Assembly: GCA_004764695.1 (NCBI GenBank)
Contig: SMSO01000032.1
Location: 6,170,483-6,234,482, forward strand
Length of the DNA stretch: 64,000 bases
Origin: Schizochytrium sp. TIO01
Taxonomy: Eukaryota > Protista > Bigyra: Labyrinthulomycetes
Direction: 5' to 3'
Part shown: positions 35,220-45,200 of the stretch, piece after piece
Layout: every line of letters begins with the position of its first letter
Position numbering within the stretch: position 1 is the stretch's first letter
Notes under the pieces: model-generated
Databases searched by the model: none
What the model saw: the letters and a program-made list of their open reading frames with translations, nothing else
Told to the model about the DNA's origin: nothing
Position numbers and translations under genes: made by a program

Positions 35220-36700
35220 CGATGACGGCAAGCGCAGGCCTCTCCGGCCGCCGTCCTGGCCGCCGCTGCTCCTCAAGGCTGGCTGGACTGATTCACGGAG
35301 CAGCCTCTACGCGCTCTCAGTCCAAGTCCCAGGAGCGGCCTTCGCAGCTCGCAGGTACGTAGCTGCTCCGCGGGCACGAGCGGTGTCCACGGCAACGAAG
35401 GTTTCGTGCAGTTTCCCGCCAAAGGGACCTTCACTCGAGCCTTCTGTGCTAGTTCTCTGAAGGGGCGTCTGAGAACGCGTTCCTTTTCCGCCGCCGCCCA
35501 GGGCTAACCACTGCTACTCGTAAGGCCTAGTGGCGCTCCCCGGGAGAACACCTCCCACTGCCCAGTAGGAGTGCATAGGGACAGACCTGAGCTGTCCGGA
35601 GGTGTGCGCTGTTCTTCGAACTTTCAGAATACCCACGCACTGGTTTCGCAGGACCTCGTTTGCTCGAGGGCGCATTCATTCCGCGGATAAGTCTTGGGAG
35701 CCGGAGGGCCGTGGCTACAGGTCTGCTCCTGAGACTGTGAAAGGGAGGCCGTAAGGCCCAGCGTCGTCATCTGCAGGCTGTACAGCCACGGCCACAAAGA
35801 GGGAGGGAGTCTGGCGAGATGGACATACCCATTGCTCTGTCTGCTATTTCACAGCCTGCGCTCGCATCTGCGGCACCGCTGCGGAACGTCTGCGGCACCG
35901 CGAGTCCAGGTCCCAGGAACTCGAACCCGGAGGCCTCGAAGCAAGAAGAAGCAAGCGCCAGAGGAGGCGCGGCACATTCCCTTGCATTGACACGTGCTCG
36001 AGCAGGCAGGCGAACTGGCACCGGCCCGGGTGAGCTCTGGGCGAGATCGGAGAGGGATTCCTGCGACGCTGGACTATTCCTCAGCTCAGACTTCGGCATC
36101 GTCGGCAACGGAGGCTGGTTCTCCATGCGCTAGCCAGCAGTAGAAGCTGCCTAGCTCCCTCATCACTCGCTGGGAACTGCCTACTGACTACTACCAGCCT
36201 CCTACGGCCTTTGTTCCATTTGCTCTCTCCGTTCAGGAACGATGGTGGCGCTGGAACAGCAGAACGGGTACCCACAGCAGCTCTCTTTCCGCATACGTTC
36301 TACCTAGCGGATACGCTAGCCTCTCGATACTTTTAGCCCTGGGGTAGGTGGAGGACTAGGGGCCTCCCCTGCTGTGTCCCTAGCTGCTGTCTATGAAAAC
36401 AGTAAGCTGCTGAACCAAGGAATGAGAATGACTGCGAAGGTCAAAGTAATGGAGGAGTTATAGGAGAAAAGCGACTTGGCTTGAGAACATGAAGAGAAGA
36501 GCAAACTCGGCCAAGAAGCCAAGGCGCAAGTCCCCTGCCTGCCTGCTCGAAGCAAAGGCCGGGAAGAAGACGCAGGTCCCCGCGAGAAAGCACCACATCC
36601 TTCCTCCCAGTCTGCACAGCTCTGGAGGCCTTCAGACGGGTCAGGGCTCCTCCCGCCGCCCAATGCGGCCAACTTGAATTCCCAAAGAACTCGAAGCAAC
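35220..36700 (+). mobile_element. degenerate LINE 5' part: gag-like ORF1 with two decayed CCHC knuckles, then the start of an APE ORF2
   Basis: One frame gives C-R-L-(Y)-SHGH-KEGG-(S) at 35772-35810 and C-L-L-(F)-HSLRSH-LRHR-C at 35838-35882; the bracketed codons TAC, AGT and TTT are each one change from Cys. ATG 36393 gives MKTVS/LNQGMRMTAKVKVMEEL*EKSDLA*EHE, resembling the APE N-terminus (hhS.N..G....K......D+..LQE). Confidence 0.55.
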
Positions 36701-37269
36701 TCTATGATAATAAGAACAACTTCGACTTTATCAACGAATGCGTAGAAATGAAGAAATGAATAGAAATGATTTAATGGTTACTACCCCCTTTTCCTCCTTC
36801 TGCTACTATGACCTGTGCGCTCGCTATCTACCGCACTATCCTCCCACTAGCGGCCCCTAAGCCTATCTAACCCAACCTTGTTTGATCTAGCCTGCTCAGT
36901 TTTATTTTAGCGCTCAACCAATATTATTCTTGCTAGCCAGCACTAGCGACCTCCTAACCCAAACCTTAAAGAGCACAGCACACGCGCAACTACGGCTCCT
37001 ACTACCTGCAGTAGATCAGTAACCAACAGCAGCAGCAGCAGCAGCTCGAAACTTCGCAGAACACATAGGACTGATTCAACCTGTCCCGCTGGCTCTCCTG
37101 GCCCGACTGCGGGGAACGCTGTGGGATCCCCGCGTTCCCTGATTTCGTTCCGGGAAAGTGTGCGGAAAGAAAGAAGGAGAGGAAGAAAGCGGTGAAAGAA
37201 CGCGCGAAGAAAGCGATGGAGTTGAAGAGAGAAAAGGAGAGAGAGCTTTGAAGGAGAGACTGTTTTGGA

Positions 37270-37302
37270 CGGATGGATGGATGGATGGATGGATGAATGA
37301 AT
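37270..37302. repeat. (GGAT)n-(GAAT)n microsatellite
   Basis: Read directly from the sequence. Confidence 0.9.
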
Positions 37303-38311
37303 GGCTTCGATGTGTACGTGGCGTTAAGGATTGGCTGGTTCTGGCAAAGCTCCCTTGGGCCTTCTCGTTTGCTTCGACGAGCTCAACTCGAGGTTCAAGA
37401 GCTGCGTCTTTTCTACCTCGCGCACTCATTCGAAGTTCTTCGAGTTCGTCTGAAACATTTCTTTGGTTTCGCTTTTCACTCAAGCAAGTTTCTTTTTTCA
37501 AAGAAAGTTTTAGCTCTTTTTCTCTTTCTCTCCTTTTCATTAAACCAAAGAACAATCTTTCTCTTCATCTCTTCCTATGATGATCAATACAGAGATTGAT
37601 CTTCCATATAACTCAACTAATGAAAAGATGGGTGTTTTTCTAACCCTTTCATAAGCACATAGACAGGACGAGGAGAACTCAGGAACAGCTAGGACACTCC
37701 TATCGTTTGCGCTAGACAGAGGACCCAAGACGATGCAGGCCCTTCTTTTCCTCTTCTCCGTCTCCAGCCAGGTAGGAGTACAGATATCACAAACGGTAGG
37801 GGTGTCGCTGGAAGGAGAAGTGTGCGGTGCCCTGTGTTGCGGCTTGTTTCCTGCGGCTTCTTTGATGTTGCGGGAAAGGAGGAAATAAGGGGGCGGCTAA
37901 TGTTACCGAGAGATAACGGAGCTCTGCGCGTGGCGGGGGCAGGAGCAAAACCAAAACTCCTGAGCAGACTAGCCAGAAAAAGCAAAGCCAAAGAAAGAAA
38001 GAAAGAAAGAGATCATCCAACGATCGCAGACCAAGTCCTGTGCATTTGTATCTGTTGTTGATCTGCTGCCGTGCTGCTGCGTTCGCTGGAAGTGCACGCA
38101 CAGCTCGGAGGTTGGAAAAAGCCAAAGAAACAAGCAAGCAAGACTTCCGATAGAGTCAGATTGAAAAAGTACACCAGAACCGCAAAGGCCCGCTCCCAGA
38201 ACCGGGCGAGTTGAGAACAGAATCAAAACCAGCTCCGAGAAGAAAGCAAAACCAAAACTCAAAGAGCTCTACAAAGAAGACATAAATCAAATTCACATAA
38301 TTATCACAAAC

Positions 38312-39658
38312 ATGGCAGAGGAATTGAACGAGAACTTTGTTGCCCTCGGGCTCGATAATGAAGCAGAAATCGGATGTGACACAAAGGCATCTGAGGCCGC
38401 CAAAAACCCTACTGTATACAGAAGCGTCTCCAGCATCGCCATGACCGAGGAGACTGTGGACCCCGTGGTGTACCGCTCGCTCAAGGTCAGCGACTCGTGC
38501 CCCTCCGTTTTCGACCTCTCAGACCTCCGCGCCGACGCCTATGCCTTTGGACTTCGCTCTAGCCTTAACCAGGGTGTTTCCTACAACCCGGCAGCCCCCG
38601 CAAAGGCCGGTATGAAGCGCCAGCGCCAGCGCCACCTTGTATCCCGCCTCCGCAGACCCTTCTCTAAATACGTCCCCGCGCCGGTCTACGCCCTCGCAGA
38701 TGTTGCTTCTAGCGACTCCCTCGTCGAGGCCGTCTTCTCAGCTCTGGCCCAGGGCAAGGTTGATGTTGGCGAGTGGGACGAGAGCCACTCTAGCATCTCC
38801 TGCAAGGTTGTTGTGGACTCTGGATCTTACCGCTTTGATGTATACATTCTTGAGCTCGACGAGGAGGGCAAGCGTGATCACTTCGCAAGCCACATCGTCG
38901 AGGTCCAACGCATCTCGTCAATGTCATGCGCAGCAACTTGGAGCGCCATCGTGGACTCGATCATGACCCCGCTCTCCGGGCATTGCTTCAGCGGATACTT
39001 CTCCGCTCCTTCTCCTCGACCTGCTTTTGGACTTGTGCGTCAGAGCAGCTCTATGGGATACACGACATCTCGCGATGACCTCTTTTCCGATCTCGAAGAT
39101 GATGACGATGAAGATCTCGAAATTGTTGAGGATGACGTGCTTGAGGCTGAGTACAACAGACTTCTGGCGATTGCATGTGATGCTAACTCCACCACCATGG
39201 AGACTCGCCTCGAGGTTGTGCAGCTCCTCGCCCGCATGTCGACCGATGCCCAGGTGGTCAAGGCGCTTCTTAAGGCTGAGGCTATCTCAAAGACCATTCA
39301 GTGCCTGCAGGCTCAGGTTCTGATTGGATCATACGGCGACATCACCCGTGCTTTCTGTACACTCCTGTCCAACCTTGCTGACCGCATTGACACTGTTGAA
39401 ACTACTGTAAGCTTTGACCTCGCGGCCCATACTACAATGCATGTTCTCCGCGCAGGTGATGCATCTAATCATCTCGACCTAGAGCTTTTGCGAGAGGCAG
39501 CTCGTGCACTGTCAATCTTCTCCCGCAACCTTAAGAACAAACATCCTCTCATGGATCAGGTTCGCGAGGCTGCAAGCACGTGCGCAATGCAGACGAAGGA
39601 CTCCCGCCTCGCCTCGCATGCCTTCGCAATTATTCAAAACACATACATCGCGAACTAG
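38312..39658 (+). CDS. hypothetical protein, 448 aa, with a KA1-like domain, an acidic linker and an ARM/HEAT-like helical C-terminus
   Basis: Codon-biased ORF with caaacATG context. SISCKVV....YRFDVYILEL.....HIVEVQR resembles KA1; DDDDED linker; helical repeats such as LLREAARALS. Confidence 0.88.
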   Translation: MAEELNENFVALGLDNEAEIGCDTKASEAAKNPTVYRSVSSIAMTEETVDPVVYRSLKVSDSCPSVFDLSDLRADAYAFGLRSSLNQGVSYNPAAPAKAGMKRQRQRHLVSRLRRPFSKYVPAPVYALADVASSDSLVEAVFSALAQGKVDVGEWDESHSSISCKVVVDSGSYRFDVYILELDEEGKRDHFASHIVEVQRISSMSCAATWSAIVDSIMTPLSGHCFSGYFSAPSPRPAFGLVRQSSSMGYTTSRDDLFSDLEDDDDEDLEIVEDDVLEAEYNRLLAIACDANSTTMETRLEVVQLLARMSTDAQVVKALLKAEAISKTIQCLQAQVLIGSYGDITRAFCTLLSNLADRIDTVETTVSFDLAAHTTMHVLRAGDASNHLDLELLREAARALSIFSRNLKNKHPLMDQVREAASTCAMQTKDSRLASHAFAIIQNTYIAN

Positions 39659-41094
39659 TTGCCATGTATTGTCCTACTCGTTTCATTACTGTACCATGAA
39701 TTCACACAACATTCTGTTAATATGACTATATTTCATTGTCTCGCTAAAAATGATTCTTTTCAATCTCTTGCTTGCTTGATTCCCTGCTTCTTTAAAACCT
39801 TGAGATATCAGTTGATCATGGGGTATTTCAGATTGAGGCTATCACAAAAAAAGGACAATAAAACATCGCAGCATTACCCCCTGTGAAATTTTCTTGTTAA
39901 CATTAAAGGATAGGGAATGATAGTAAATCTATTCGTTTGTTTCTTGAAGACCTTTAGATGATCTTCTCTTGCTCACATTTGATTATTCACAATGACGTTG
40001 TTCTCTTCTTTGAATGGTCATCAAATGAAACTAGACATTCTTAGTTCTTTTCCTTTTTCAAGAGGAGAATTTTATCTCTTCGAACCCTTGCCGCTCCTAA
40101 AGGAATCGTTAACTCGCATCGGATTGTCCATACAGAAATTACAATGCCTCTTTCATTAATTATGAAAAGCTCAGTCAGAGAAAGAGAGTAGCGAGCGAAA
40201 GGTTTTGCTCCTTGCTGGTCACAATCTGACGGCCGGAATGTCAGCCTCTATTTGCGTTTCTACTCAGTATCCTACATCAGATAAGAGCAATTGAGAATCC
40301 CATTGCTAAATTTAGCTTGTAGTTGAATTTATTGTGTTCATCGAGTACGCAAATCAGTGGGTACTCTATAATGTTTAGTTTCTCTACTGCAACGAATTCT
40401 CCATTCTCCACGACTAAACTTCCTGTTCGATATCCAGAGAGTTAAGTTTTGAGCACTTTCCTCAAAACATTAATGTACAGACCACTTTTGATCGCTCATC
40501 CGGAACGTAAAAGAAAACCTAGGCACTTATTATGAGCACTGCACATTTACATCAGGGCTCCTTTGTATATTTGCAACGAAGGCTAAGAATGCACATCATC
40601 TTTGTTTGCTTTTCTTTTTAACGAGATAAAAACAACATCGAAAGTGGCTAGAAATTGTGTGTTTATAGAATAATACGAAATCTGAGACACGGCACTCATC
40701 TTGAAGATGGGGAAAAAACAGTTCTAAAAATAGTAGATGTAGAGACTCCGGTGTTGGATATATAAATAGCATGAGCAGCAACTTTCCTTTAAATAAACTA
40801 GAATCCAGTCAGATTTTGGCTGGGTTTCGAAATTCAAGAAACAAAGAAGCACATGATTCATCAAGCAAGAGGGCCATGGCCAGATAAAGCATTCGCGAAA
40901 ACTCACGTTTACAGGGCCAAAAAGAGGAAACAAGAGCGGACATGGCTTCTGCTTAATGCAAGGTCAAGTCTTGAAGATCTGCTGCAGTCAAGCAAGTATA
41001 AACGAGGCAGGAAAAGAAACGTAAAGCAACAAAGAAGAGAAGAGTAGCTGTTCTACGTTACGTGACGAGACGATAAATCAAGGCAGGAAATTAT

Positions 41095-41433
41095 TTATGC
41101 AGAGTCCTTGGCAGCCTGAGCAGCGTCGTAGTTTCGCCTCTCCTTGATCTCGTATGTGTCAAGGATAGCCTGGATGGAGTTGGCACGGCTTCCGGGGGTA
41201 GCCATGTACTTGGTGCCCTTGCCATCGGGGCCCTCGCAGGCAAGCTTCTCGCTCTCGTAGTAGGAAGAGCGCTCCGGCTGGTTCCACCAGCTGGCCATGC
41301 GGAGAGGGGCAGCACGCTTCTCACGGTAAGCAGCGGCACCCTCCTCAAGAGACTTCATCATACGACGAGTGTCCTTGGCATTCTGCTGAGGGTCCTCCAT
41401 CATGGAGGCGATAAAGTCCGTAATGAAGCTCAT
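41095..41433 (-). CDS. small orphan protein, 112 aa, probably highly expressed
   Basis: caaaaATG start. Lys, Glu, Tyr and Gln codons are all AAG, GAG, TAC and CAG, the same bias as the thiolase. Confidence 0.88.
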   Translation of the reverse strand: MSFITDFIASMMEDPQQNAKDTRRMMKSLEEGAAAYREKRAAPLRMASWWNQPERSSYYESEKLACEGPDGKGTKYMATPGSRANSIQAILDTYEIKERRNYDAAQAAKDSA

Positions 41434-42212
41434 TTTTGCAGGAAAGACCTTAAGATCTCCAAATCAATAACAAATCTACTCACCAAAACGAAATAACCCA
41501 TTTGCACAGATCCAGGGAGACCAGAAGCATTATCCATACACGCAAACACGCATCGAGGCCACGTAACAACCACAGAATTCCACGTCAAAGTCGCCCCAAG
41601 TCGCGCCCAAACCTCCTTTCTTAGTTAGTCTTCCTAGCTCTTTCTCTAATATCGACAGCCGCGCATGCCTCCAGGCCGCCTTCTTCGTCATGCAAGCGCT
41701 TGCCCAGCTACGCCGCACACAGAGACGTCCGCACCTCACCGGGTGATTAAGTGTGAGAGACTGTGCTGGATACCCTCCATCGCGCCCACCGCAACCTACC
41801 TCACACGCGCCAAAGCCCGAGTGATCTCCAAGCCAAGCGAGCGAAGTCTGCTTGCCTCCCTGCTGAGGCAGGCAGCAGTCGCGGCAGGAACTTTGGGGTC
41901 CCATAGTTCACACAGGGCCGCCCTAGGCCTTCTAAGGCTTTTAGTGTAAAATACCTACCTTAATATGGATTTATCCGAAATATAATTTATATCAATAATA
42001 GTGTATCAATTAAGGTGGTCGGGTAAACTTTTTATTATGGAGGAAGCACCGACAGTGGTGTACCGGACAAATGGGATTCTGCTGTAATGTAATAGAATCG
42101 AACGAGATGCAATGAAACTTTGGAGAAGGGTTTAGACAGAGCGGGAGACTAGCAGTCTAGAGCACGTGGAGACGAGGACTGGAGGTAGATGAGGGCATAA
42201 TTGGAGTGCTTC

Positions 42213-45200
42213 ATGGGTAAGGTTTACTCGAAGGAATTGAGAGATCAAGATGAAGAGCTCAAGAAATTTGGTGTTGTAAGCGAGAAGACCAGACGAAGAG
42301 CCACGAGTGCCTGGGTACCAGACTTTTCCAGCTATGACTTTGGCGAGGAATTCCTTCGCTGGGAAGGCATAGAATTTAAAGATGTGCAAAGACTGCAAAG
42401 TTTGTGGAGGCAACTTGGGTCTGACTTGACTCTGACGAGGAAAGCGTATGAGTTCTTTATGAACGAAAGCGGTCTCAGCAAACGCCAAAGCAAAGACGTG
42501 GCAAGCCTCACATCATTCTCATCGTCAACACTATCTTCATCGCATGACGGAAGCGAACTTTCAGACGTAGCACGAGCGCCAGTTCTTTCGCAAAGCGAAG
42601 CGACGAAGCTTGAAGTATTGCGACAGTACGAAAGCTTCCTTTCCAGACAACGGGATTTCGGCCAAACGCAGCAAAAACGACGCGTAGAGAACCATGCGAA
42701 TCTTGCAGGAGCTCCTCGTGTTGCTGCACTTGACGTACTTGCTGGAGTTGCTCTAGTTTCCAAGGCAAACTCTGCACAGAAAGCAGGCTATCTTTTTGGT
42801 CTGTTTGATTTCAATCGAAAAAAAAAACTTGAGCGTGATGAGGTTCTTGCTATGCTGAGTGCAGCCATGCGAGGTTACTGTGCCATTAAATCTGCCCCCT
42901 TGCCACCCCCAGAAGGCCTTGAATGGCTGGTAGACGTTTCGATTTTTGAGCACAACAGGATAGATCCTGGGAGCGGAACCATTTCTATGGGCACCTTTGT
43001 TGATTGGTGCAAACGCAATCCTAACGCTGAAGTCATTTTAGCCAATGCAGATGCTGTCGCTACCGGATCTGGGTCTGCGTTTGCTGACCGGCGCCGTGCA
43101 ATGCAGAAAAAACTACTTACCCGCCTTGCGCGCATTGAATCTTCCCTAGAGATGCTTGGTGAAGCTCCATTTCCACCAGAAGAGATCCAAGACCTCATTT
43201 CAAACACTTTACAAGCCCGAGAGGAAAATCAGAGGCTTGAGTTTTTAATGAAAAATAAAACGCTTAAAACGCACGATCATGATGAACCACAACTCGACAG
43301 CAATCAACAGAATTTCTCAAGTGTCGAAGAGGTAACTTATTCTGAAAATCAAGACAGACAAGCAGAAACCCTTGCCTCAAGAAATCGGCGCACTACAACT
43401 ATTGCTGGCACATGCGTTCTTCATAGGTGGTTTTCTGAACTCGTACCAGTGGAAGAACCAAAAGTCGTTCAGGACCCAAACTTCGCGGGACTCACAATAA
43501 ATCAATATTCAACTATGTCAGAGGCCGACCGTACTGAGTGGAGTGAATCAACGCAAATGATGAGGTTTCTAACAAAAAAGCTTGATACGGCCTGGCCGTT
43601 TGGAAAGCTTCGACTACCGGCATGCACCTCACCTTGGCTATACATCATTGCTCTCAATGCTGGAGCTGACATCATGGTTGCTGAACCAAGGCTATTCATA
43701 CAAGCTGCCTCCAGTAACGTAACTGACCCAGGTGATCAAACTCATGAAGACACTCTCGAATCAGCCAAATTGCTTAAACAAGAATCTTTACCCACACCTG
43801 CTATGCCAGATGATGCGACGAAGGAAGAAGTACCCAAAGGATCAATTAATCCCGAGACTCAGGAAAACCTTGATGAAGGTGCATCTGATGGAGCGCTTGA
43901 TGAGAGTAAGAAAGAACCTGCTATTTTTGGTGAAAAAAATGTCGAATCAGAAAGTATGCCGTGTCTGTTTAGCCCCCCTCGTAACATACCCATTTCACTC
44001 TTGATGCAATGGGTCCGTACTTGGCCGTTGGCAGTGGGTGTTAAGAGCCGATCTGCCACGGGGAAATATTGGGCATGGGCTCGAGTACTGGTGCCGCTCT
44101 GTCGAGCTTTAGTCTTTGCTACGACTAAGATTGTACCTTCTTTACTTGCAGATTTTCTTCGAACAACGGCAAAGCATCTTTGGATCGGCGATCGCTACGA
44201 TCAGCAAGCGGAAACTCATCTTGGTCTGTCAATTGCGTTCGATCCAGACGATACGTTCGCAGCACAAGCTACCTTAGAATACAAGCGCCGTGGTGAACCT
44301 GCTCGCCGTCTAGAAGAAAGCACCGAACCTCCTGAAATCGACGAGGACATAGCATCGGAGGAATTACTAGATCTTTTTGATTATGAGCTTTCTACGATCA
44401 GCCAGAGTTTGCTTCTGAAAAAAGGGCACCAACTTTACACAAATATCTTTCATGAACCTCCAGCAAGCAATCGTGGAAGCTTAGCAAAGCTCAATGTTTC
44501 CAATCCGAATGCCTATGCCATTATTGATTTTGATACCCACGTATCGGCGATACCAGCGGAGATCTCAATGGCGGCTTTTAAGCTTCGGATGTTGTTTACG
44601 CATGAGTACTTTCAAGCCTCAACAGTGCTTGTAGGGGCTCATATACTTGAGATCGCAGAATTCAAGGGTAGCGCGAAGAAAATCCGCATTGCTTTGTTTT
44701 TCAACTCGCCAAGCATGGAAGAGATCATGGGCCACCTTGAAATGTGCTTTGGAAAGGCTGAGCATGTTGCTATAGAAGCATCTATAGGCTCTGACGTGGA
44801 TGATGTACTGAATGCTCCCTGGAATGGACATGCTGAAGACCTCTGGGACATGAACCCTTCACCGGACGCAGACAGGCCTCCTCAAGGCAGAATAGGGTTA
44901 GCTCAGCAAACTTTGGGCTCTTCGCATTCTCCTTTAGCTTCAGTTCCTATAGGAGGCAAAGAGAGCTTAATTACTCATACCTCTCGCAGGCAAGCTATGG
45001 ACTTGCAATGGGCAATGAAACTTGGACTAGGACTTCCTTCTGCACCACGCCCAAGAGGAAAACCTTCTCAGGGAGGCGATGAAAGTGATGACCTCACAGA
45101 CGATGAAGAAGAAGAGGAGGATGACAATCGTCATTTCAAGCCTGATTTTTCTCAACGTGAGAAAGACCGAGAAGCTCGGCTTCGTATCAGTGAAAAGCAA

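Noticed and set aside
34620-36960. C-rich segments at ~34620-34930 and ~36780-36960 as LTRs flanking the 35-36.7 kb element
   Set aside because: Only a short shared word (ctagcgg.cc); no extended identity, TG..CA ends or target-site duplication seen.
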